Part shown: positions 1-8,037 of the stretch, in pieces
How the letters are laid out: each line of letters starts with the position of its first letter
Position numbering within the stretch: the first letter of the stretch is position 1
DNA from: Clostridiales bacterium
Lineage (GTDB): Bacteria; Bacillota; Clostridia; Oscillospirales; Acutalibacteraceae
Direction: 5' to 3'
DNA length: 64,000 nucleotides
Assembly (NCBI GenBank): GCA_012517675.1
Contig: JAAYUL010000125.1
Location: forward strand, 625 to 64,624
Notes under the pieces: model-generated
The model's database searches: none
Seen by the model: the letters and a program-made list of their open reading frames with translations, nothing else
Told to the model about the DNA's origin: nothing
Program-made: the position numbers and the translations under genes

Positions 1-595
1 AATCGAAACCAATGACGGAAAGCTGTTTCCACAGTCCTGCGAGCTTATCCGCCAGAAGCACCTTACAGGCAAGCCCGACTACAAAAATACGGAAGCCCGC
101 CTCAAGATTTTCCGCATGGCAGGGGGACCGGCGCAGATCGCCGGACAATTCGTCGTAGCGCGTGATAGGTCCCTCCTGCAGCTTTGGAAAAAAGAACAGA
201 AAAGTGCCGAATCGCAGAAGCGATTTTTCACGCGGAATCGTGCCGCGGTAAACATCCGCCTGATACGCAATCATCTGAAACGAATAAAAGCTGATGCCGA
301 CCGGCATGAAATTCCGGGACTTGAACCAGACGAGCAGCGCTGCATTCGCTCCCACGGTCAGCCAGAAGCAAAGACGCCGGTAGTGCCTGCCCGTTCCGGA
401 GAATGTCTTTGAGAGCAAATAATTTGCGGCGATATCCGCCGCAAGAAGCCCCGTCTGCCACCAGGAACCGAAACCGTAAAACAGGATGCTGCCGAATAAC
501 AGAACATCATTTTTAAGATTTTTCGGCGCCAAATAATAAAGCACCAGTGAAGTGGGTAAAAAGATAAAGATAAACTTCAAGTCGGAAAAGGTCAA
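1..595 (-). CDS. MBOAT-family membrane O-acyltransferase (AlgI/DltB-like). This is the N-terminal part; the gene runs off the left edge.
   Basis: Absent from the ORF track because it is truncated. Minus-strand translation from TTG at 595 gives LTFSDLKFIFIFLPTSLVLYYL...VGISFYSFQMIAYQADVYRG...FFFPKLQEGPITRY. The hydrophobic N-terminus and ISFYxFQ motif are typical of MBOAT. AGAGGA lies about 8 nt upstream. Confidence 0.7.
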   Translation of the reverse strand, partial: MTFSDLKFIFIFLPTSLVLYYLAPKNLKNDVLLFGSILFYGFGSWWQTGLLAADIAANYLLSKTFSGTGRHYRRLCFWLTVGANAALLVWFKSRNFMPVGISFYSFQMIAYQADVYRGTIPREKSLLRFGTFLFFFPKLQEGPITRYDELSGDLRRSPCHAENLEAGFRIFVVGLACKVLLADKLAGLWKQLSVIGFD

Positions 596-670
596 CCGGG
601 CGCATCCTCTTTCAATCAATGATCCGGCGCGCAAATGCGCGCAATCATCAGGAATCTGTTCAGCAAATGT

Positions 671-699
671 AGATTACAACTGCGGGATCAAAAAGTCAA
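671..699 (-). promoter_or_regulatory. Putative sigma-A-type promoter for the MBOAT gene (TTGACT-17 nt-TAATCT on the minus strand)
   Basis: Hexamers read directly from the sequence, about 75 nt upstream of the TTG start. The -10 element is weak. Confidence 0.3.
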
Positions 700-704
700 C
701 GAGT

Positions 705-740
705 GTTGCAAGACTGTAAATGCGGGTTGCAACACTGTAA
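705..740 (-). repeat. Two 15-bp direct repeats in 21-bp phase (minus strand TTACAGTsTTGCAAC), just upstream of the putative -35
   Basis: gttgcaagactgtaa (705-719) and gttgcaacactgtaa (726-740) match at 14 of 15 positions. Their starts are 21 bp apart. Confidence 0.6.
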
Positions 741-927
741 TCGCCGTGAATTTTTGCAATCCGGCGGTCAATTTCCCGCTGCCTTCTCCGCGTTGCCGGC
801 CGCCGGAAAACCCATTCATTTTTAAGCTTATCATTAGAAATAAAAAAGAGGCTGCCGCAAAACCTTCATTTTGCAACAACCTTTTTTATGTTGATGTCTG
901 CAGCGGGAAATCAGACGCTGCTCCGGA

Positions 928-1389
928 TTATTGTTTCAGCTCGTCTTCGATTGCCTGCAGCGTGTCGTTAAAATCCGCCGCCGTGACCAGCAGCGAAATG
1001 TCGACCTCTGAGGTAGTGATAATCCGGATATCGGTCCCCGCATTTGCCGCCGCCGCGAAAACACGCGCGGCCACGCCGGGACATTCCTTCATGCCCTGGT
1101 CGTAAACCGAAATTTTGCAGTTGCCGCTGCTGACAACGGTTTTGATATGCGCGTTGTCATGCAGGTCGGATGTAAAGGCGAGAATCCTGCCAAGCTCATT
1201 GTCGGAAATGGTAAACGAGATCGAAGTGTGCGCGCCCTGCGTTGGGGCAAGCGCAATCATATCCACATCGACGCCGAAACCGGCAATCTTTTGGAAGACC
1301 CCGGCTGTAAAAGCAAGATCCGACGGGCAGTTCTGCAGCGTAATCAACGTGATGTCATTGACGGTTGTGATCATCGGGGCTGTCATCAT
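928..1389 (-). CDS. Stand-alone tandem ACT-domain protein (resembles the aspartokinase regulatory beta-subunit)
   Basis: 153 aa. DITLITL...GVDVDMI and CKISVYDQGM...GTDIRIITTSEVDISLLV resemble the two ACT repeats of aspartokinase C-termini. It is the last gene of the asd-dapA-dapB operon. Confidence 0.7.
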   Translation of the reverse strand: MMTAPMITTVNDITLITLQNCPSDLAFTAGVFQKIAGFGVDVDMIALAPTQGAHTSISFTISDNELGRILAFTSDLHDNAHIKTVVSSGNCKISVYDQGMKECPGVAARVFAAAANAGTDIRIITTSEVDISLLVTAADFNDTLQAIEDELKQ

Positions 1390-1403
1390 AATGGAATTCC
1401 TCC

Positions 1404-2156
1404 CTAATTTAATAAGTGGGACATATCATAAAGTCCCGCGGGCTGCTTTGCCAAAAACAGCGCCGCATTAATGGCTCCTGTCGCGAATATCTCTTTCGAC
1501 TGCGCGGAGTGGGAAAGGGTGATGACCTCCTGCGGGCCCGCAAAAATCACTTCGTGTTCCCCGACAATGGTGCCGCCGCGCACGGAATGGATGCCGATTT
1601 CCGCCGGGTCGCGCTTTTTCCTCTGCGAATGCCTGTCGTACATGTAGTGGGAAGGACCGCTGCGAACGGAGGCAATCCCGTCGGCTATCATGAGCGCGGT
1701 TCCGCTGGGCGCGTCGATTTTCTGGTTGTGGTGTTTTTCGATCACCTCAATGTCGAATTCGCCGCCTAAAACCTGCGTCGCTTTTTTGGCCAGCTCGATC
1801 AGAAGATTAATGCCGAGCGACATATTCCCGGAATGAAAAATCGGAACATTCTGCGACACCCGTTTTATGGTTTCCACCTGCGCCGCATGGTAACCCGTCG
1901 TGCACAGGACCAGAGGGGTCGCGGTCTGTTCCCCGTACTGCAGCAGGGAGGGAAGAAGAGAGGGATTTGAAAAGTCGATCAGAACATCGGCTTTTTCCTG
2001 AATGTCCGCAGGCTTTGCATAAACCGGGAAACGGCCGTCCGATCCTGTGTTCAAATCGATTCCCGCAACAATTTCACAGTCTTCCCGCTTCGCGGCGCGG
2101 GCTGTAATCACACGGCCCATGGTTCCGTTGCAGCCGCTGAGTATGATCCTTGTCAT
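1404..2156 (-). CDS. dapB: 4-hydroxy-tetrahydrodipicolinate reductase
   Basis: 250 aa. Contains MTRIILSGCNGTMGR (NAD(P)-binding GxxGxxG), EKHHNQKIDAPSGTA and HSVRGG motifs characteristic of DapB. Confidence 0.9.
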   Translation of the reverse strand: MTRIILSGCNGTMGRVITARAAKREDCEIVAGIDLNTGSDGRFPVYAKPADIQEKADVLIDFSNPSLLPSLLQYGEQTATPLVLCTTGYHAAQVETIKRVSQNVPIFHSGNMSLGINLLIELAKKATQVLGGEFDIEVIEKHHNQKIDAPSGTALMIADGIASVRSGPSHYMYDRHSQRKKRDPAEIGIHSVRGGTIVGEHEVIFAGPQEVITLSHSAQSKEIFATGAINAALFLAKQPAGLYDMSHLLN

Positions 2157-2181
2157 GAAACGTCCCTCCGAATCGGTAATT

Positions 2182-3072
2182 TTATTGGATCAGTCCATAT
2201 TTTCTCAATACGTCCGCCAGAGCCCGATGATCCTGTTCGCTCATCGTGGTCAGCGGCAAACGGCAGTCGCCGCAGTCATTTCCCATCATTTTCAGGGCGG
2301 CCTTTACCGGAATGGGGTTCACATCCATGAACAGCGCATCCATCAGCTCAAAATGCTTCAGAAACGCGGTTCGGCTCGCTTCGATGTTTCCTGAAAAATA
2401 ATCCGCGCAGATTTGATGCATCACATTCGGCAGCAGATTTGCCAACACGGAAATCACGCCTTTTCCGCCCAATGCAAGAATGGGGTAGGTCTGGCTGTCT
2501 TCGCCGGAATAAACGGTCAGATCGTCGCCGCAGAGGGAGATGGTTTTTGCAACGGCGCTGATATCCCCGTTTGCCTCTTTGGTCGCGACGATATTGGGGT
2601 GTTTGGAAAGCTCCCGGTACGTTTCCGGCTTGATATTGCAGCCCGTTCTGGACGGGACATTGTAAAGAATAATGGGAAGGTCGACACGGTCCGCAACATA
2701 ATTGTAGTGACGCACAAGGCCGGTCTGAGAGGTTTTATTGTAGTAGGGAGTCACCATCAGAAGCGCGTCGGCGCCAAGCTCCTTTGCGGAACGGGAAAGC
2801 TCCAGCGCGTAGGCGGTGTCGTTGCTGCCGGAGCTTGCAACCACAGGAACTCTTTTTTTAACTTTTTCCACAACGAACTGAACCGCTTTACAGTGTTCTT
2901 CATGGTTCAGAACCGGAGATTCCCCTGAAGTCGCACAGGCAACGATCGCGTCCGTTCCGTTTTGAATATGCCATTCGATCAATTCGTCCAGCTTTTCATA
3001 GTTGACGGTACCGTCCTGTTTCATCGGCGTCACCAGCGCAACGCCGGAACCCTGAAAGACAAGTTTTTTCAT
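2182..3072 (-). CDS. dapA: 4-hydroxy-tetrahydrodipicolinate synthase
   Basis: DapA-like sequence (GSGVALVTPM, TSGESP, YNVPSRTG, KEANGD). Start moved to ATG 3072 (MKKLVF), which has GGAGGA 7 nt upstream. The track's TTG at 3087 lies inside that RBS. Confidence 0.92.
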   Translation of the reverse strand: MKKLVFQGSGVALVTPMKQDGTVNYEKLDELIEWHIQNGTDAIVACATSGESPVLNHEEHCKAVQFVVEKVKKRVPVVASSGSNDTAYALELSRSAKELGADALLMVTPYYNKTSQTGLVRHYNYVADRVDLPIILYNVPSRTGCNIKPETYRELSKHPNIVATKEANGDISAVAKTISLCGDDLTVYSGEDSQTYPILALGGKGVISVLANLLPNVMHQICADYFSGNIEASRTAFLKHFELMDALFMDVNPIPVKAALKMMGNDCGDCRLPLTTMSEQDHRALADVLRKYGLIQ

Positions 3073-3098
3073 ATAAAGTTCCTCCAAAACAATCGGTT

Positions 3099-4178
3099 TT
3101 AATCCATGTAGCCTTTTGCGCAGAGAAGTTCAGCCATTAACACGCCGCCGCCCGCCGCACCGCGCAGGGTATTGTGGGAAAGGCAGACAAATTTGATATC
3201 GTACTGGGTGTCCGGACGCAGCCTGCCGATGGAAACCGCCATGCCGTTTTCCAAATTGCGGTCCAGCCTTGACTGCGGGCGGTCGTCCTCCCGGAAGTAA
3301 TGCAGGAACTGTTTTGGCGCGCTGGGAAGGTTCAGCTCCTGGGGAACGCCCTTGAAGGTTTCCCATCTTTCTATGATTTCTTCCATTTCGGCTTTTTTTT
3401 CAAAGGAAGCGAACACGGCCGCCGTATGTCCGTCGGAAACGGGGACGCGCAGGCACTGCGAGGTAATGGAAGGAGTAACGGCGTTCACGATCACGCCGTC
3501 TTCCACATGGCCCCAGATTTTCATCGGTTCGTTTTCCGACTTGCCTTCTTCGCCGCCGATAAACGGGATCACATTATCCACGCTTTCCGGCCAGGTCGCA
3601 AAGGTTTTTCCGGCGCCCGAAATCGCCTGGTACGTACACGCGAGAACCTTGGTGACGTTCAGGTCAAGCAGAGGGTGGATGGCCGGCACATAGCTCTGCA
3701 GGGAACAGTTGGACTTGACGGAGATAAAGCCGCGCTTTGTCCCAAGGCGCCTGCGCTGCGATTCAATGACCGCCGCGTGGTCGGCGTTGATTTCAGGAAT
3801 GATCATGGGAACATCCGGCGTGCCGCGGTTTGCGCTGTTGTTGGACATCACGGGGCACTCCGCTTTTGCGTAACGCTCTTCCAGCGCTTTGATTTCATCT
3901 TTTTTCATATTGACGGCGCAAAAAACAAAATCCACAAGAGAGGTGATTTTCTGCACGTCGGTTTCCGCGTTATAAACAGTCATGTTCGCCATGCTTTCCG
4001 GCATGGAAGTGGTCATGAGCCAATGATCACCGACTGCTTCCCTGTAGGTTTTTCCGGCGGAACGGGAGCTGGCCGCAAGCGCTGTCACGGTAAACCAGGG
4101 ATGGTTTTCAAGCAGAGTGGCAAATCTTTGCCCGACCATTCCCGTCGCCCCGATAATCCCTACACGATATTGCTTCAT
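3099..4178 (-). CDS. asd: Aspartate-semialdehyde dehydrogenase
   Basis: 359 aa. Contains RVGIIGATGMVGQRF, the active-site region SNCSLQS and LSHNTLRGAAGG. Confidence 0.92.
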   Translation of the reverse strand: MKQYRVGIIGATGMVGQRFATLLENHPWFTVTALAASSRSAGKTYREAVGDHWLMTTSMPESMANMTVYNAETDVQKITSLVDFVFCAVNMKKDEIKALEERYAKAECPVMSNNSANRGTPDVPMIIPEINADHAAVIESQRRRLGTKRGFISVKSNCSLQSYVPAIHPLLDLNVTKVLACTYQAISGAGKTFATWPESVDNVIPFIGGEEGKSENEPMKIWGHVEDGVIVNAVTPSITSQCLRVPVSDGHTAAVFASFEKKAEMEEIIERWETFKGVPQELNLPSAPKQFLHYFREDDRPQSRLDRNLENGMAVSIGRLRPDTQYDIKFVCLSHNTLRGAAGGGVLMAELLCAKGYMD

Positions 4179-4235
4179 TTTATTTCCCCCTAATGATATT
4201 ATATGTTATGCTGAGATAAAATATCTGTCTAACAA

Positions 4236-4490
4236 AAAAACCGGTTGCTAACCGGTCGCCAACAAAATATAATAGAACTGTTCACCACTTGCCGAAACAC
4301 GGAAAAACCGAAAACCGGCCGTGTGGATAGCGCTCCATCATAAATTTATGACGACAGTTGCGTTATTTTTCACAAAGCAACCAGAAGAATACCCACCGCA
4401 GCATCCCCCTTCGGCAATTTCCCCTTTCACAGGCAGTGAGCGGCTTCGGCAGCCTGAAACCTGATACTGTTGAAAATCGCGCCTCTATCC
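4236..4490 (-). promoter_or_regulatory. Lysine riboswitch (L-box) with terminator, forming the leader of asd-dapA-dapB
   Basis: The minus strand reads GATAGAGGCGCGA...AGTA...GTGAAAGGGGA..GCCGAAG...CTGG...ACTGTC...GGAGCGCTATCC (aptamer about 4325-4489). It aligns element by element with the B. subtilis lysC leader as I recall it. A CCGGTT/AACCGG hairpin plus T7 follows at 4238-4262. Confidence 0.85.
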
Positions 4491-4505
4491 GTATATAACA
4501 ACATG

Positions 4506-4535
4506 ATAATACCATGGGTTGCTATTGATTGTCAA
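4506..4535 (-). promoter_or_regulatory. Promoter of the L-box leader (TTGACA-18 nt-TGgTATTAT)
   Basis: Consensus -35 and an extended -10, read on the minus strand about 15 nt upstream of the riboswitch P1 stem. Confidence 0.5.
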
Positions 4536-4584
4536 TTTATTTATAATAGACAACTGAATATAATGTTTAGGAGATACTCATACG

Positions 4585-5631
4585 ATGGAATTAAACCTGA
4601 AAGACATGCACACAAAAGATTTTTTTTACGACCTGCCGAAGGAGCTGATTGCGCAGACGCCGCTGGAACCGCGCGATTCTTCACGGCTGATGGTGCTGGA
4701 CAAGCAGAACGGGGAAATTCGGCACGCCCATTTCCGCGATATCGTCGATTTTCTGAACCCCGGCGACTGCCTTGTTCTGAACGATTCCCGCGTTTTGCCC
4801 GCCCGGCTTTACGGAATCAAGGAAGGAACCGGCGCAAAAGTGGAGTTTTTGCTGCTGACCCAGCGGGAACAGAATATCTGGGAGGTCCTCTGCGGGCCGG
4901 GCAAACGCGCAAAGCCCGGTACCCGGTTTACGTTCGGCGGCGGTCTGCTGAAAGCCGAGGTCCTGGAAATTGTGGAGGACGGGAACCGCCTGGTCCGTTT
5001 CTCCTGTGACGGCAATTTTTTTCATATTCTCGACCAGATCGGCCAGATGCCGCTGCCGCACTATATTACGAAACACCTTGAGGACAACGAGCGCTACCAG
5101 ACCGTTTATTCCAGGGAAATCGGCTCCGCGGCCGCGCCGACAGCCGGGCTGCATTTTACGCCGGAACTGCTGGACAGGGTCCGTGAAAAAGGCGTAAAGG
5201 TGGAATTTGTCACGCTGCATGTCGGGCTGGGAACGTTCCGCCCGGTTTCCGCGGATAAAATAACCGATCATAAAATGCACTCGGAACACTATTATCTGCC
5301 GAAAATAACGGCGGATGCGATTCTGGAAACCAAGGCGACCGGCGGAAAGGTGATCTCGGTCGGCACCACCAGCTGCCGCACGCTGGAGTCTGTTTACGCG
5401 AAGGAAGGCTGTATCCGCGAAAGCGAAGGCTGGACGGATATTTTCATCTATCCCGGATTTCAGTTCAAGGTGCTGGACGGACTGATTACCAACTTCCATC
5501 TTCCGGAAAGCACGCTTATTATGCTTGTTTCCGCACTGGCGGGGTACGACCATATTATGAACGCATACCGCACCGCCGTTGCGGAAAAGTACCGCTTCTT
5601 CAGCTTTGGAGACGCCATGCTTATTTATTGA
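4585..5631 (+). CDS. queA: S-adenosylmethionine:tRNA ribosyltransferase-isomerase
   Basis: 348 aa. Contains [26 protein letters not shown] and [10 protein letters not shown], which are QueA hallmarks. AGGAGA RBS present. Confidence 0.92.
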   Translation: MELNLKDMHTKDFFYDLPKELIAQTPLEPRDSSRLMVLDKQNGEIRHAHFRDIVDFLNPGDCLVLNDSRVLPARLYGIKEGTGAKVEFLLLTQREQNIWEVLCGPGKRAKPGTRFTFGGGLLKAEVLEIVEDGNRLVRFSCDGNFFHILDQIGQMPLPHYITKHLEDNERYQTVYSREIGSAAAPTAGLHFTPELLDRVREKGVKVEFVTLHVGLGTFRPVSADKITDHKMHSEHYYLPKITADAILETKATGGKVISVGTTSCRTLESVYAKEGCIRESEGWTDIFIYPGFQFKVLDGLITNFHLPESTLIMLVSALAGYDHIMNAYRTAVAEKYRFFSFGDAMLIY

Positions 5632-5658
5632 TTTACAGCTGAAAGGAATTGGAATACC

Positions 5659-6789
5659 ATGTACCGACTCATCAGCAATACGGGCGCGGCGCGGCGCGGC
5701 GCGTTCACAACCCCGCACGGGACTGTTCAGACGCCCGCGTTTATGAATGTCGCGACGTGCGGCGCGATTAAGGGCGCCGTTTCCGCGTTGGACCTGAAGG
5801 ATCTGAAATGCCAGGTTCAGCTCTGCAATACGTATCATCTGCATTTGCGGCCCGGTGACGAAACGGTGAAAAAGCTGGGGGGACTGCACCGGTTTACCAG
5901 ATGGGACGGCCCCATTTTAACGGACAGCGGCGGCTTTCAGGTTTTTTCCCTTGCCAAACTGCGCAACATTACGGAGGAAGGCGTGACCTTTGCTTCCCAT
6001 ATAGACGGCCACAGGATTTTTATGGGGCCGGAGGAAAGCATGCGGATCCAATCCAACCTTGCGTCCACCATCGCCATGGCGTTTGACGAATGCGTGGAAA
6101 ACCCGGCGGAATACGATTATGCCCGCAGGTCATGTGAAAGAACGGTGCGGTGGCTGTACCGCTGCAAAGCGGAAATGGACCGCCTGAACGCAAGTCCCGG
6201 CACCATCAACCCGAAGCAGATGCTGTGGGGAATCAATCAGGGCAGCACTTACGAAGATCTGCGCGTTGAAAACATGAAACAAATCCGGGAGCTTGATTTG
6301 GAAGGCTACGCCATAGGCGGGCTTGCGGTGGGGGAACCCGCGGAGGAAATGTACCGAGTGATTGAAGCGGTGGAGCCGGAAATGCCGAAGGACAAGCCCC
6401 GCTACCTGATGGGAGTGGGCACCCCGGTCAATATTCTGGAGGCCGTCCGTCGCGGCGTGGACATTTTCGACTGCGTTATGCCCACCCGGAACGCCCGCCA
6501 CGGCCACGCGTTCACCTGGGAGGGCTGCCGCAACCTGATGAACGCGAAATATACGCTGGATGAAAATCCGCTGGATGAAAACTGCGGTTGCCCGGTCTGC
6601 CGCAATTTTACCCGCGCCTACATCCATCACCTTTTCAAGAGCGGGGAAATGCTGGCCATGCGGCTCTGCGTGATGCATAACATCTATTTTTACAATACAC
6701 TGCTGGAGAGAATCAGACAAGCGCTGGACGAAGGAAATTTTGAAGCGTTTTACCGGGAAGCAATTGAAAAAATCGGTGAAAGGATATAA
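5659..6789 (+). CDS. tgt: Queuine tRNA-ribosyltransferase
   Basis: 376 aa. Contains TPAFMNVAT, LTDSGGFQV and the zinc site CGCPVC...H typical of Tgt. Confidence 0.93.
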   Translation: MYRLISNTGAARRGAFTTPHGTVQTPAFMNVATCGAIKGAVSALDLKDLKCQVQLCNTYHLHLRPGDETVKKLGGLHRFTRWDGPILTDSGGFQVFSLAKLRNITEEGVTFASHIDGHRIFMGPEESMRIQSNLASTIAMAFDECVENPAEYDYARRSCERTVRWLYRCKAEMDRLNASPGTINPKQMLWGINQGSTYEDLRVENMKQIRELDLEGYAIGGLAVGEPAEEMYRVIEAVEPEMPKDKPRYLMGVGTPVNILEAVRRGVDIFDCVMPTRNARHGHAFTWEGCRNLMNAKYTLDENPLDENCGCPVCRNFTRAYIHHLFKSGEMLAMRLCVMHNIYFYNTLLERIRQALDEGNFEAFYREAIEKIGERI

Positions 6790-6854
6790 TTTCGCTTGCA
6801 CGGTACAAAAATAATTGTTATAATCAATCTATTAATATGGAGGTGCAAATTTCA

Positions 6855-7178
6855 ATGAATTTTTACGCTTTAACGAACACAACCGATTCCGCCGGCAGCA
6901 TGTGGACATACATTCTCTTGTGGGCCGTGGTTATTGGAGGCATGTATTTTTTCCTGATGCGTCCGCAGTCCAAGAAAAAGAAAAAAGAAGAAAAAATGCG
7001 CAGCAATGTGCAGATCGGCGATGAAATCACCACCATCGGCGGCATTATGGGCCGTGTGGTCGGCATCAAGGAAGATTCCGCTTCGCTTGTAATCGAAACC
7101 GGTACGGACCGCGCCAAGCTCAGAATCAAACGCTGGGCGATCGGCAGCGTGGACACGATTCACGACGACGCGGAATAA
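6855..7178 (+). CDS. yajC: Preprotein translocase subunit YajC
   Basis: One TM segment followed by FFLMRPQSKKKKK and GDEITTIGGIMGRVV, the YajC signature. Start set at ATG 6855, with GGAGGTG 9 nt upstream. Confidence 0.85.
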   Translation: MNFYALTNTTDSAGSMWTYILLWAVVIGGMYFFLMRPQSKKKKKEEKMRSNVQIGDEITTIGGIMGRVVGIKEDSASLVIETGTDRAKLRIKRWAIGSVDTIHDDAE

Positions 7179-7251
7179 ACGGAATAATAAATGTATATCC
7201 TGCGCTTCTCTCGAATATCTATTGATTAGATATTTGAGGGGGCGCTTTTTT

Positions 7252-7662
7252 ATGAGAAGTACGAAAAACATGTACGGCAATCCTGCTTTCGGGGCGCTTC
7301 GCGCGATTATGATCGGCGCTGTTACAGGGGCCGCCATCTGCGCCGCCCTTCTGGGGGCCCTGGCGCTGCTGTTTGTTTCCGCCGGCCATATTCCGCAGGG
7401 CATGATTTCCCCTTTGATCATCGCGCTTTCCGTCTTCAGTTCTTTTGCCGCGGGTTTTGTGTGTGCAAGAATATCGCGGAAGATGGGCCTTATTTACGGA
7501 GCGCTGAGCGGGCTTTTTCTGTTTGCGCTTTTCCTTGTTTCCGGACTGATCGCTTCCCATGAGGCGCTTTCCGTTACGGCCGGCATCCGCATGATCGTCA
7601 TGACACTGTCGGGCGCTTTGGGCGGCGCATTCGGTGTGAGCAGAAAATCCAAAATAAAATGA
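7252..7662 (+). CDS. Small multi-pass membrane protein (probably the TIGR04086/YrzE-like family)
   Basis: About 136 aa with 3-4 Gly/Ala-rich hydrophobic helices. GAGGGGG RBS lies before ATG 7252. The family assignment is from memory of the yajC-neighbour gene in Clostridia. Confidence 0.55.
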   Translation: MRSTKNMYGNPAFGALRAIMIGAVTGAAICAALLGALALLFVSAGHIPQGMISPLIIALSVFSSFAAGFVCARISRKMGLIYGALSGLFLFALFLVSGLIASHEALSVTAGIRMIVMTLSGALGGAFGVSRKSKIK

Positions 7663-7671
7663 CAGAATACT

Positions 7672-7699
7672 TTGCGAATCGACATTCCTGTGCTATAAT
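7672..7699 (+). promoter_or_regulatory. Promoter of the SCIFF locus (TTGCGA-16 nt-TGcTATAAT)
   Basis: Near-consensus -35 and an extended consensus -10, 40 nt upstream of the scfA start. Confidence 0.5.
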
Positions 7700-7738
7700 A
7701 GGAAAGTAATTCGAATGCGTAGAAACGGAGGCGTCAAA

Positions 7739-7885
7739 ATGAAGCAGATTAAAACACTGAATAAAGCAAACCTGAAGGAAAGCGCGGTAAAAGGCGGCTG
7801 CGGCGAATGCCAGGCTTCCTGCCAGTCCGCGTGCAAAACTTCCTGCACGGTCGCCAATCAGAAATGTGAAAACCTGAACAAGTAA
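7739..7885 (+). CDS. scfA: Six-cysteine ranthipeptide precursor SCIFF
   Basis: 48-codon ORF below the ORF-track cutoff: MKQIKTLNKANLKESAVKGGCGECQASCQSACKTSCTVANQKCENLNK. The GGCGECQxSCQSACKTSCT core with six Cys is the SCIFF signature (TIGR03973 as I recall it). GGAGG RBS lies 7 nt upstream. Confidence 0.88.
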   Translation: MKQIKTLNKANLKESAVKGGCGECQASCQSACKTSCTVANQKCENLNK

Positions 7886-7988
7886 GGGAACACATAACTG
7901 AATTTTTGAACCTGTTTAACGCGGTATGACGGGAAATTTCCGTCATCATGGCGTTAGTAACTAATGAGAACGGGTTCTTAAAACCTCT

Positions 7989-8018
7989 AAGGGACAGAAA
8001 TCTGTCCCTTAAATTTTG
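7989..8018 (+). terminator. Intercistronic hairpin plus T-rich tract between scfA and scfB (candidate partial terminator)
   Basis: AAGGGACAG-AAAT-CTGTCCCTT (9-bp stem, 7989-8010) is followed by aaattttgt. A second hairpin, ATGACGG-N7-CCGTCAT, lies at 7926-7946. Confidence 0.45.
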
Positions 8019-8037
8019 TAAAAATGGAGAAAGACAA

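Noticed and set aside
4681-5889. 402-aa minus-strand ORF antisense to queA/tgt. Similar long antisense ORFs lie at 24502-25557, 29469-30701, 37265-38833, 43315-44931, 44616-46145, 46619-47959, 54156-55316, 56257-57894 and 57949-59853.
   Set aside because: Each lies wholly opposite a gene with an unmistakable conserved product (queA, tyrS, dxs, metY, uvrA, uvrB, radC/pyrE, hisZ, polC). Their translations are Arg/Gly/Pro/Ala-rich low-complexity sequences, typical of shadow frames in GC-rich coding DNA. None has an RBS.
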